This document shows, in pieces, positions 1 through 8,429 of a stretch of DNA of 64,000 bases. The stretch comes from Candidatus Nealsonbacteria bacterium (GTDB taxonomy: Bacteria > Patescibacteriota > Minisyncoccia > Minisyncoccales > JAGMDC01): positions 5,834 through 69,833 of the forward strand of contig JAUWMZ010000002.1 in assembly GCA_030612885.1 (NCBI GenBank). The letters run 5' to 3'. The translations under genes and the position numbers were made by a program. The notes under the pieces are model-generated. The model made no database searches. It had not been told where the DNA came from and worked only from the letters and a program-made list of their open reading frames with translations. Every line of letters starts with the position of its first letter. Position 1 is the first letter of the stretch.

Positions 1-17
1 ATAATCATTTGGGGAAT

Positions 18-1778
18 ATGGCAAAAAATATTCAAAAAATAATTTGGTTTAGTGTTGGTTTAGCGTTTTTGTTTAGTGTTGGTTTAGCAAAGCCGGCTTT
101 AGCCGGTAGTGCTTCTTTATATCTATCTCCTTCCAGTGGGACTTATGCTATTGGAGATAGTTTTTTAGTGGAAGTTAAAGTTAACAGCAGTGGCCAGGCA
201 ATTAATGCAGCTGAAGGAAATTTGGTTTTTAATCCAGATGAGGTTGAAGTGATTAAAATTTCTAAAAACAATTCAATTTTTGGTTTTTGGACCAGTGAAC
301 CAAGTTTTTCCAATTCCCTGGGAAATATAGTTTTTGGTGGTGGAACGCCTGATAGCTTTACTGGCAATTCAGGAACTATTATTACTATTACTTTTAAATC
401 AAAAACTATTGCTTCGGCTCAGGTTAATTTTTCTTCTGGTTCTGTTTTAGCAGCAGATGGCAAAGGGACAAATGTTTTAGATAATATAATTGGCGGTGTT
501 TATACATTAAAAGCGAAAATCACTATTCCGCCGAGCGAGGAAGTTCCCCCTGAATCAGAATATATTCCTCCAGCAACGCCAGGAGGAGTTCCATTTGCTC
601 CAGTGGTTTTTTCTTCTACTCATTCTGAGTCAAATAAATGGTATTCCAACAATAATCCAGAGTTTTCTTGGAAAGTTCCTTCTGATGTTACAGCCGTGAA
701 GTTATTGATAAATAAAATACCCTTTTCTCTTCCTGTAATTCTTTACGGTTCAATTACAGAAAAGAAAATTGAGAACCTTGAAGATGGAGCTTGGTATTTT
801 CACATTAGATTTAAAAATGAGCAGGGCTGGGGAGGAATTATTCATAAAAAAGTTTTAATTGATACTGAACCACCACAGCCGTTTGAAATAAAAGTTGATG
901 ATAAAGGAGATTCTACTAATCCCAGTCCTATTTTACATTTTCAAACGACTGATTCTCTTTCTGGAATAGAATATTATGAAGTAAAAATTGGTGAAAATGA
1001 TGCTGTATCAATTACTGCAGCAGCTGTAGAGAGCAATTCCTATAAAATACCTGCTCAAGAACCTGGGATGCATACTATAATCGTAAAGGCATTTGATATG
1101 GCTAGTAATTCAACAACGGCTACTACTGATATTATAATAGAGCCAATAGAGCTACCAATTATTACTGATTTTTCTCAAATAATTCAACTAGGGGATATTT
1201 TAACAATTAAAGGAACTTCTCAATATCCAGAGGCCACGATTAAAGTATTGATTAAAGAAGAAGGAGAGGAAACAATAACAGGAGATGTAAAAACAGACAA
1301 GGAAGGAAATTGGGTTTTCGTTTATGATAAAAGTTTAGATAAAGGGACTTATCAAGTTTGGGCAAAGATTATTGATAATAGAGGCGCTCAAAGTAATTTA
1401 ACAGAGAAAATTACAATAGCTGTTTCTTTACCGACTATAATAAAATTTGGCGAAATAGCTATAGATTATCTCACGGTGATTATCACCCTTGCGGCTTTAA
1501 TTGTAGTTTTAGTATTAATTATTTTTTATGCTCGGTATCAAGTCGCTCTTTGGAAAAAAAGAATTAGAGAAGAAACCAAGGATGTAGAGACGGTCCTTCA
1601 GGCTAATTTCAAAACCTTAAGAAAGAAAACAGAAAAACAAATTGAATACTTTAATAAAAAACCTGGCTTAACTAAAAGAGAAAGAGAAGTCCACGATAAA
1701 TTAAAAGACGCCTTAAAAATGTCTGAAGAATTTATTAAGAAAGAAGTTGAGGATATAAAAAAACAATTAAAGAAATGA
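18..1778 (+). CDS. Secreted/surface protein with N-terminal signal peptide, beta-rich cohesin/Ig-like repeats, C-terminal TM helix and a charged coiled-coil tail
   Basis: ORF track 9..1778. The internal ATG at 18 gives MAKNIQKIIWFSVGLAFLFSVGLAKPALA, a typical signal peptide. A hydrophobic helix (LTVIITLAALIVVLVLIIF) lies near the C-terminus and is followed by a K/E-rich tail. The ORF is open to the window edge, so the true start is uncertain. Confidence 0.6.
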   Translation: MAKNIQKIIWFSVGLAFLFSVGLAKPALAGSASLYLSPSSGTYAIGDSFLVEVKVNSSGQAINAAEGNLVFNPDEVEVIKISKNNSIFGFWTSEPSFSNSLGNIVFGGGTPDSFTGNSGTIITITFKSKTIASAQVNFSSGSVLAADGKGTNVLDNIIGGVYTLKAKITIPPSEEVPPESEYIPPATPGGVPFAPVVFSSTHSESNKWYSNNNPEFSWKVPSDVTAVKLLINKIPFSLPVILYGSITEKKIENLEDGAWYFHIRFKNEQGWGGIIHKKVLIDTEPPQPFEIKVDDKGDSTNPSPILHFQTTDSLSGIEYYEVKIGENDAVSITAAAVESNSYKIPAQEPGMHTIIVKAFDMASNSTTATTDIIIEPIELPIITDFSQIIQLGDILTIKGTSQYPEATIKVLIKEEGEETITGDVKTDKEGNWVFVYDKSLDKGTYQVWAKIIDNRGAQSNLTEKITIAVSLPTIIKFGEIAIDYLTVIITLAALIVVLVLIIFYARYQVALWKKRIREETKDVETVLQANFKTLRKKTEKQIEYFNKKPGLTKREREVHDKLKDALKMSEEFIKKEVEDIKKQLKK

Positions 1779-1781
1779 AAT

Positions 1782-3026
1782 ATGAACAAAGAATCAGTAT
1801 CAATTATTAGTATTTTCGCTAATATTTTTTTAGGCATTAGTAAATTAGTGGTTGGTTTTATGATTAACAGCGCTGCTTTAGTAGCTGACGGTATCCATTC
1901 AGCCACTGATTTTGTATCTTCTTTAGGTGTTTATATCGGTATTAAGATGGGCAAGAAACCAGCTGATATAGAGCATCCCTACGGCCATTATGCTCTTGAG
2001 ACCATCAGCGGATTGGGAGTGGTTATTCTTTTAGTTATTTCAGCTGTCTGGATTATTTATGAAGGCTTGGGAAGTATTATTAGCAAAAATGTTATCCAAT
2101 TAGGTTCCATAGGAATTATTGTAGTGGTTGTTTCCATTTTTCTCAACGAAGCAATGGCTCGCTTGAAATTAAAATATGGCAGAAAAGAAGAATCCTTGGC
2201 TTTAATTGCTGATGCCGGACACTCCCGGGCTGACGCTATTTCTTCAGTCGGTGTTTTGGCTGGCTTGTTAATCGCGTCATTAGGTTCAGGTTATTTTTTA
2301 TATGCTGATGGGTTGCTCGCTATTTTTATTGGTTTATATATTCTAAAAAAAAGTTATAGTTTAGGTCGGGAAGTAATAGATAATTTAATAGGGATAAGAG
2401 ATGAAAAAGCAGAAGAAATAATTAAAAAATATCTTCAGCAAAAAGATATTTCTTTGACTTCTCTAAAAACCCGAAAGATTGGGCAAATTACTTCTGCGGA
2501 AATCACTATTAAGCTGGATGCCCGTTTAAAGGTAGAAGAAGCAGAAAAAGTGTCTAAAAAATTACAAAAAGATTTGTTAGAGCGAATTAAAAACTTGAAA
2601 TATATTGTTGTTCAGATTGAATCCCATAAAACAAGGCAAGGGTATATCAAGCCAAGATGGGGAAAAGGATTTGGTTTTCGCCAGCAGTTTGTCCTGCCTT
2701 TGGGACCAGAGAAAAAAGGTTATAGGATAATTATTCCTTTTAAAGATGGAAAATTTTATTCAGATTTTGGAGCGCCGGAATATTTACTGGTGGACCGCGA
2801 AGCTGACCGTGCCGGCCGCATTTTAGAGAAACAAGTTGTTCAAAATCCCTTTTTTCAAGAAGGTATGGGCGGTGGTATGAGGTTCGCTAAATCACTTAAC
2901 CCAGATGAAGTCATTACCCAAAAAATAGGTCCTGGCGCTCAAGAGCGATTAAAGGAATTGAAAATCAAACTAACCATTATTAAGGGTGAGGAGTTCGAAC
3001 CAGAATCAAGTTTAGAAGCGAAATAA
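1782..3026 (+). CDS. Cation diffusion facilitator (CDF) transporter fused to a C-terminal NifX/NafY-like (Nitro_FeMo-Co family) domain
   Basis: The N-terminal half has CDF membrane motifs (HSATDFVSSLGVYIG, H-x3-D, SRADAISS) followed by the cytoplasmic dimerisation domain. The C-terminal ~130 aa (FGAPEYLLVD ... GMGGGMRFAKSLNPDEVITQKIGPGAQERLKELKIKL) matches the G-x-G...A..L...GVDVVI..IGxxA...L pattern of dinitrogenase FeMo-cofactor-binding-like (MTH1175/NifX) proteins. Confidence 0.7.
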   Translation: MNKESVSIISIFANIFLGISKLVVGFMINSAALVADGIHSATDFVSSLGVYIGIKMGKKPADIEHPYGHYALETISGLGVVILLVISAVWIIYEGLGSIISKNVIQLGSIGIIVVVVSIFLNEAMARLKLKYGRKEESLALIADAGHSRADAISSVGVLAGLLIASLGSGYFLYADGLLAIFIGLYILKKSYSLGREVIDNLIGIRDEKAEEIIKKYLQQKDISLTSLKTRKIGQITSAEITIKLDARLKVEEAEKVSKKLQKDLLERIKNLKYIVVQIESHKTRQGYIKPRWGKGFGFRQQFVLPLGPEKKGYRIIIPFKDGKFYSDFGAPEYLLVDREADRAGRILEKQVVQNPFFQEGMGGGMRFAKSLNPDEVITQKIGPGAQERLKELKIKLTIIKGEEFEPESSLEAK

Positions 3027-3163
3027 AAGAATTTTTACCATAATATTATCGAAATCGGATTTTGATACTCCAAAATTATTGCTTTCTACCACCAATGTTA
3101 ATAAAAGATTGGCATTGGAGATTTTGACGCTGGAACTGTAATTCGTAGGATACTAAAAAAATT

Positions 3164-3196
3164 CTCGCAAAAAGATTTGCGAGATTATTTATTTTG
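3164..3196. terminator. Bidirectional rho-independent terminator between convergent genes
   Basis: CTCGCAAA-aaga-TTTGCGAG forms an 8-bp stem (3164..3184) followed by ATTATTTATTTT, and is preceded by an A-run on the other strand. Confidence 0.6.
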
Positions 3197-3205
3197 GGCT
3201 GATAC

Positions 3206-3967
3206 TTATAGAATAGTCGCTAATGTCATTGCTATAATTCCGGCCGTCAAAGTCGTTATGAGGTTATTTATATTTGTATCATAGTGCCTAAGGAATTTCC
3301 ATTTCCACTGTTCCAAAGTAGAGCCGAAAACGCTGTCTAACACTGCTCCAAGAAATCCACTGATAACGCAGATTCCGAATATGGTTATTGGATATCCCCA
3401 GACCAAGAGAAGCCCGCTAATTATAGTTGAACCCAGCAAGAAAGACATTAGACCTTTCGTACTTACTGCACCGGCAGTTCCGACTTTTACTCGCTTCCAT
3501 GTAATAATTGAACGAGGTTTTCCTTTGGAAGTTTGCCCTATTTCTGTTCCAAGAGTATCAGCAGCAGCCGTTGCCATCGCTGCCATCAGCCCTAAAAAAT
3601 AGAGTTGGCAGTGGATAGGATTATCTCCCGTAAATCTCGCTGTAATATAGAAAACACTAAATAGTGTTGCTGCTCCTCCATTCGCCACTACATTCAGGCA
3701 AGTTCGTGGATCCTGTGCTACCTCTCGGTATTCTTTGAGTTGTTTTTTGTAATGTGAAGCGATGTTGCCGACTACAAAAAACATCACCAAAGGCATTGCC
3801 CATTTCCAGCCGCCGGCTGATAGACACAGCAAACCGACTACTCCAGTACTGATTATCGCTGATTTATCAATCTTTTGTTTTTGGTAGGCAACATATAGAG
3901 CAATTACTGCTATTGCTAAAATACTGAGCGACGCAGGATTAACCACATTTTCTATTATTTTTTCCAT
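3206..3967 (-). CDS. DUF92/TMEM19-like integral membrane protein
   Basis: Polytopic membrane ORF with the DPRTCLNVVANGGAATLFS motif characteristic of the DUF92 (TIGR00297) family. Confidence 0.55.
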   Translation of the reverse strand: MEKIIENVVNPASLSILAIAVIALYVAYQKQKIDKSAIISTGVVGLLCLSAGGWKWAMPLVMFFVVGNIASHYKKQLKEYREVAQDPRTCLNVVANGGAATLFSVFYITARFTGDNPIHCQLYFLGLMAAMATAAADTLGTEIGQTSKGKPRSIITWKRVKVGTAGAVSTKGLMSFLLGSTIISGLLLVWGYPITIFGICVISGFLGAVLDSVFGSTLEQWKWKFLRHYDTNINNLITTLTAGIIAMTLATIL

Positions 3968-4142
3968 CCTTTACACCTCCTTTTGTTTCCATATTTTTTA
4001 ATATAATGTTCTGTTATCTCCTTTTTAGCACACTCAAAAAAATTTGACAGGGTTTGAAAATCTGCTAAACAGAAGATAGCAAGCGGAAAAAAGTTCTTTT
4101 CAAATTAAATATCCCGCTTGACTAAAAAAAAGAGGTGATAAG

Positions 4143-5078
4143 ATGACAAATCTGAATGGGATAAAAGTGAAGAACAGGCTTTTTGTTTCTTCCGGGGCTT
4201 TGGCTTATGGTTCTAAACAAAAACTGTTTATTGATCCCACTATATTTGGGGCAATAACAACCAGAACTTTAACATTGGAACAGCGACAAGGAAATTTTGG
4301 AGTTAGTCCAGTAAAACCTGATGGGATTTCAGAACAGATACTTTGGGGTATTCAGATAATAAAGAAACGGCCAACAGTTTTGCGGAAAATTCCCGGCGGA
4401 TGGATTAACGCTTTTGGTTGGTGGAATATCGGCGTTGAGAACTATATTAACGATGTTTATCCAAAAACAGAGGAAGTTTCCAAAATTGTCTCTATCGGAG
4501 GGTTTTCCATAGAAGAATATCTGGAAATGATTAGGCGGTTGAATGATTTAGCAATAATAGCCATTGAAATAGACGTCTCTTGTCCTAGTGTTAAAATTGA
4601 CTGGGAAAAAGATGTTCTTCTTTTTGGAAAGCTGATGAAGCAATGCAGAGAAACAAGCAGGCATCCTTTAATAGTAAAGCTAAGTATAAAAGGAGATTAC
4701 TTAACAAGAGCGCATATAGCAGAGGATATTGGCATAAATGCTGTTCACGCAATAAACACTATTAGGGGTTTACTCCTAAATCCGAAGACAGGAAGACCAT
4801 TACTGAAAGCAAAATATGGAGGCGTTTCAGGTGAACGGATAAAAGTGATTGCCCTGCGAGTAGTTTCTGAAATGAGACAGGAAATAGATATTCCGATTTT
4901 TGGTGGCGGAGGAATTTATAACTGGAAAGATTGTCAGCAGTTTTTCTGGGCCGGAGCTGATGCAGTAAGTTTTGGCAGTGTTCATTTTTTCCAACCCTGG
5001 AAACCAACCTGGATTGTCAGATTACATCAGAAAGAAGCAGAAAAACTTGTCCAAAAAATAAAGAAGATAAGAAAATAA
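4143..5078 (+). CDS. Dihydroorotate dehydrogenase-family flavoenzyme (PyrD-like; possibly dihydropyrimidine dehydrogenase-like)
   Basis: N-terminal substrate-tunnel region (NRLFVSSGALAYGSKQ), INAFGWWNIG, IVKLSIKGD, GGVSGERIK (GGLSG-like motif) and the FGGGGIYNWKDCQQFFWAGADAVSFGS C-terminal FMN-binding motif. Sits next to pyrF and a pyrE-like gene. Confidence 0.6.
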   Translation: MTNLNGIKVKNRLFVSSGALAYGSKQKLFIDPTIFGAITTRTLTLEQRQGNFGVSPVKPDGISEQILWGIQIIKKRPTVLRKIPGGWINAFGWWNIGVENYINDVYPKTEEVSKIVSIGGFSIEEYLEMIRRLNDLAIIAIEIDVSCPSVKIDWEKDVLLFGKLMKQCRETSRHPLIVKLSIKGDYLTRAHIAEDIGINAVHAINTIRGLLLNPKTGRPLLKAKYGGVSGERIKVIALRVVSEMRQEIDIPIFGGGGIYNWKDCQQFFWAGADAVSFGSVHFFQPWKPTWIVRLHQKEAEKLVQKIKKIRK

Positions 5079-5167
5079 AAACTATGGACGTTTATACGTC
5101 CCTTTTTTTATTGTTTTTATTGCCATATTTTTTATTGCCATACCATTTATGTTTTGCTATATTAATA

Positions 5168-5190
5168 TTAACGAGAACATTTCTCGTTAA
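5168..5190. repeat. REP-like perfect palindrome TTAACGAGAACATTTCTCGTTAA (family A), 5' of the RAYT gene
   Basis: Self-complementary 23-mer. The extended consensus AATTTAACGAGAAnnTTCTCGTTAAATT is shared with copies at 5389, 5932 and 42191. Confidence 0.8.
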
Positions 5191-5200
5191 ATTAAAATAT

Positions 5201-5935
5201 ATGTCAATAAAAAGACCCCTATTAATTAATGGTCAGATATATCATATTGTATTACGAGCAGTAGAGGGCTCAAATCTTTTCATTGATGATTATGATTATT
5301 TAAGAATAATTCATGACTTGTTTGAATTTAATGACGAAAATCCCGCTCCATCAAATTTTCGTGTTGCTCAACACTTTAGAGTATCTAATTTAACGAGAAA
5401 TGTTCTCGTTAAATTGGCAGAAAAGAAAGGAAGGGAAAAGAGAAAAATGTTAGTAGAAATTTTAGCTTTTTGTTTGATGCCAAATCACATTCATTTGCTG
5501 GTTCGCCAGCTAAGAGAAGGCGGGATTAGTAAATTTATGAGAAAGATCGGTGCAGGATATGGGCTTTACTATAATCAGAAATATGAAAGAAAAGGTCATC
5601 TATTTGGTGGAAGATACAAAATAGTCCTTATTGAGAATAATGAGCAGCTGAAGACAGTATTTGTTTATATTCATACAAATCCAGTTGCAATTATATTTCC
5701 TCATTGGAAAGAAAAGGGAATTAAAAATTTAAAAAAGGCAATGGAGTTTTTAGAGGCAAAATACAGATGGTCCAGTTATCCAGATTATTTGGGAAATACA
5801 AATTTTTCCTCATTAACCAATCGAGAATTTTTAACGAAAACAATGGAAGGGACAAAAGGCTGTAAAGAGTTTGTTAATGGTTGGTTAAAATATAAAAGGG
5901 AACTCGCTGGTTTCGAAATAGTAGCAATAAATTAA
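5201..5935 (+). CDS. REP-associated tyrosine transposase (RAYT; Y1 HUH transposase, IS200-like / Transposase_17 family)
   Basis: YHIVLRAV ... FCLMPNHIHLLV (HUH motif) ... GHLFGGRYK (catalytic Tyr) ... YIHTNPV ... WSSYPDYLG matches the widespread TnpA_REP family. The ORF-track start at 5084 reads through an upstream REP palindrome, so the ATG at 5201 (MSIKRPLL) is more plausible. The gene is flanked by REP palindromes at 5168 and 5932 and contains one internally. Confidence 0.75.
   Translation: MSIKRPLLINGQIYHIVLRAVEGSNLFIDDYDYLRIIHDLFEFNDENPAPSNFRVAQHFRVSNLTRNVLVKLAEKKGREKRKMLVEILAFCLMPNHIHLLVRQLREGGISKFMRKIGAGYGLYYNQKYERKGHLFGGRYKIVLIENNEQLKTVFVYIHTNPVAIIFPHWKEKGIKNLKKAMEFLEAKYRWSSYPDYLGNTNFSSLTNREFLTKTMEGTKGCKEFVNGWLKYKRELAGFEIVAIN
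5389..5411. repeat. REP-like palindrome TTAACGAGAAATGTTCTCGTTAA inside the RAYT coding sequence
   Basis: Same palindrome family. Translated in frame as NLTRNVLVKL within a variable loop of the transposase. Confidence 0.8.
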
Positions 5936-5954
5936 CGAGAAATGTTCTCGTTAA
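5932..5954. repeat. REP-like palindrome overlapping the RAYT stop codon
   Basis: TTAACGAGAAATGTTCTCGTTAA, with the TAA stop of the RAYT gene inside the left arm. Confidence 0.8.
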
Positions 5955-6124
5955 TTTTTGGATTGGGCGTTAAGATGTGTCCTTTTTTTAATTCTCAATC
6001 CTTGACACAATCTTAAGGGTTTGATAGGAAGAAAATAGAACCTTTTGAATAACATATGAGTTGAATGAAATATAGAGTAAAGGTTTAATAGGATGAAAAA
6101 ATTTAGGAGGTGAAAAAGAAAAAA

Positions 6125-6865
6125 ATGGGAGAGAAAAGAATTATCGTAGCTTTGGATAATGTAGAGGAACAGAAAGCATCATTGATTATGCAGGAACTAA
6201 GAGGACAAGTATATGGATTTAAGGCGAACGATTTGTTAGACAAGATTGGTCCGAGAGAGTGCATCTATTCTATTAAGCAATATGGGAGAGTGATGGCAGA
6301 TCCAAAACTTTGCGATATTCCTAATACCGTTGGAAATAGAATTGGGGTATATTTTGGTGCAGTCCAGGACCCTAACGGAGAGACAAAAGTAGTGGAAGAA
6401 TATCAAGCAAACATAGTAACAGTAATGGCTTGCGCTGGCATGCCAGCATTACAAAAGGCCGTGGAAGTAAAAGAGAAGCTTAAAGTTCCGACAGAAATAG
6501 CAGTAGTGACAGTATTGACTTCATTGAATGAGGAAGAATGCAATCTCACGCTTGGAGGACCGGTGAAAGCAAAAGTTTTGCAGTATGCTCGGAATGCAGC
6601 GTTTGCTGGATGCGACGCCATTGTTTGCTCGCCACAGGAACTTCTATTCTTAAGACAATTCCCAGAACTTGATGGTTTAAAGCGTATCATTCCGGGGATT
6701 AGGCCGAAAGGAGCAAAAGTGAATGACCAAAAAAGAATAGATACCCCGGAGGAAGCAGTAAGAAACGGAGCAGACAGAATAGTGATGGGCCGAGCGATAA
6801 CGGAAAGCGATGATCCATTGGGCGTTGTTCAGAGCATCAATAAATCTATTGAGAATATAGGTTGA
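6125..6865 (+). CDS. pyrF: Orotidine-5'-phosphate decarboxylase
   Basis: RIIVALD N-terminus and the ODCase signature K-x-x-DIPNT (DPKLCDIPNTV). AGGAGGTG RBS upstream of the ATG at 6125; the ORF-track start at 6110 is a GTG inside the RBS. Confidence 0.75.
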   Translation: MGEKRIIVALDNVEEQKASLIMQELRGQVYGFKANDLLDKIGPRECIYSIKQYGRVMADPKLCDIPNTVGNRIGVYFGAVQDPNGETKVVEEYQANIVTVMACAGMPALQKAVEVKEKLKVPTEIAVVTVLTSLNEEECNLTLGGPVKAKVLQYARNAAFAGCDAIVCSPQELLFLRQFPELDGLKRIIPGIRPKGAKVNDQKRIDTPEEAVRNGADRIVMGRAITESDDPLGVVQSINKSIENIG

Positions 6866-6927
6866 AAAGATTTTGTCGGGTGTTTCTTTTTTTGCCCGAC
6901 TGTAAATTTTTAGGAGGTGAAAAAAAA

Positions 6928-7626
6928 ATGGATATAGAAGAAGCAAGACATATAATGTCTTTAGGAGAAGTAAGTCGAGAAGTGAAGGATATGTTTGAGA
7001 TATGCAATGCTTTGTGGATTTATCAAGGATCACCGAATGAACCCCATGCTCTTTTAACAAAAGGAGGACATAGTGACGCATATTTCAATGTAAACGCAGT
7101 GACTCAATTTCCGAATTTCCGACGGCGGTTAGGATTGGACATAATGCTAAAGTTAGCGGATGCAGGGATTATAATGAAAGACGTAGATGTGGTGGTGTCG
7201 TCAACTTATGCCGCTACTTCTATTGGACAGGAAGTAGCAGATTATTTGGACGCAATGTTTGTTTTTACAGAAAAAGACGGAAAGGACCAAATATGGTCCG
7301 GGAGATTTGAGATTCCTTCTGGAGCCAGAGTATTACAAGTCGAAGAGCTAATTACTACTTTGAGTACTACCGAGAAAGTGAGAGGAGCGGTATTGAAAGA
7401 TAATTCTGATCCAGTTGAGTTTATAGAAAAAGATGGAAAAGTAGTAGTGGCTACGATTGTTCATCGACCGTCAAAGTTACCAATGAACTATTCCAGCTAC
7501 GAAGTCATGGCATTGATGGAAGTGGAGGTTCATAATTGGGATCCTGAAGAATGTCCGCTCTGTAAACAAGGATCGGAAGCATTGAAACCAAAACCAAATT
7601 GGCAGAAGTTTTTACAGGAAACCTAG
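6928..7626 (+). CDS. Type I phosphoribosyltransferase, orotate PRTase-like (PyrE-like) with C-terminal CxxC zinc ribbon
   Basis: PRPP-binding motif VLQVEELITTLSTTEK, which corresponds to VLLVDDVITTGGT with DD replaced by EE. N-terminal GGHSDAYFN region. AGGAGGTG RBS before the ATG at 6928. C-terminal CPLCKQG. Confidence 0.55.
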   Translation: MDIEEARHIMSLGEVSREVKDMFEICNALWIYQGSPNEPHALLTKGGHSDAYFNVNAVTQFPNFRRRLGLDIMLKLADAGIIMKDVDVVVSSTYAATSIGQEVADYLDAMFVFTEKDGKDQIWSGRFEIPSGARVLQVEELITTLSTTEKVRGAVLKDNSDPVEFIEKDGKVVVATIVHRPSKLPMNYSSYEVMALMEVEVHNWDPEECPLCKQGSEALKPKPNWQKFLQET

Positions 7627-7654
7627 AGAGACGAAAAAAATAAAAAAATAATAC

Positions 7655-7686
7655 GGTTCTGATTTTCCAGAACCGATTTTTTTTAC
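7655..7686 (+). terminator. Rho-independent terminator after the pyrE-like gene
   Basis: CGGTTCTG-attttc-CAGAACCG 8-bp stem followed by TTTTTTTT. A second weaker hairpin and T-run follow at 7687..7715. Confidence 0.65.
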
Positions 7687-7740
7687 TTTCCGAGCGAAGC
7701 GAAAGGTTTTTCTTTTTAAGAAGTGTGATATAATATCATA

Positions 7741-8382
7741 ATGAGAAAAACAAAATTTATTGCTTTGGCAATTATTGCATTATCATTTTTGATTGGCATT
7801 TATTTTTACAACATGATGCCAGAGATAATGGCTTCGCATTGGAATGCCCAAGGTGAGGTTGATGGCTATATGACAAAATTTTGGGCTTTGTTTTTGATGC
7901 CCTTAATGTCTTTGGGATTGCTTTTACTTTTTCTGGTGATTCCCAAAATTGATCCCTTAAAACAAAATATTGAAAAATTCAGAAAATACTTTGATATGTT
8001 TATTGTCTTGATGCTTGGTTTTCTGTTTTATGTTTATCTGCTGACTATTTTTTGGAATCTTGGCATTAGATTCAGTATGACGCAACTGATGATTCCAGCT
8101 ATGGCCGCTTTATTCTATTACTGCGGAATTTTAGTGGAAAATGCCAAAAGAAACTGGTTTATTGGAATTAGAACTCCCTGGACATTGAGCAGTGAAAAGG
8201 TCTGGGAGAAAACTCATAAACTGGGCGGTAAGCTATTCAAAGGCGCTGGTCTGATTATTCTTTTGGGATTTGTTTTGGAAAGTTACGCCTTGCTTTTTAT
8301 TTTAGTCCCAGTATTGTTTGTTAGTATTTATCTAATTGTTTATTCATATCTTGAATATCAAAAAGAAGTAAGAAATAATTGA
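7741..8382 (+). CDS. SdpI/YhfL-family (DUF1648) membrane protein
   Basis: N-terminal TM helix, the PEIMASHWNAQGEVDGYMTK motif typical of DUF1648, and 4 TM helices. Confidence 0.5.
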   Translation: MRKTKFIALAIIALSFLIGIYFYNMMPEIMASHWNAQGEVDGYMTKFWALFLMPLMSLGLLLLFLVIPKIDPLKQNIEKFRKYFDMFIVLMLGFLFYVYLLTIFWNLGIRFSMTQLMIPAMAALFYYCGILVENAKRNWFIGIRTPWTLSSEKVWEKTHKLGGKLFKGAGLIILLGFVLESYALLFILVPVLFVSIYLIVYSYLEYQKEVRNN

Positions 8383-8384
8383 AA

Positions 8385-8409
8385 TCAACGAGAACCGTTC
8401 TCGTTGATT
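8385..8409. repeat. REP-like palindrome variant ATCAACGAGAACCGTTCTCGTTGAT
   Basis: Perfect 25-bp palindrome sharing the ACGAGAAC..GTTCTCGT core with family A, located in an intergenic position. Confidence 0.7.
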
Positions 8410-8429
8410 TTTGTTGATTTATAGACATT

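Noticed and set aside
143-367. Numerous 60-140-aa antisense ORFs inside large genes (e.g. 143..367, 1598..1906, 6403..6690, 6677..7081, 9741..10025, 36545..36961, 41950..42213)
   Set aside because: They lie entirely within well-supported genes on the opposite strand or in another frame, and have low-complexity translations typical of shadow ORFs in AT-rich DNA.
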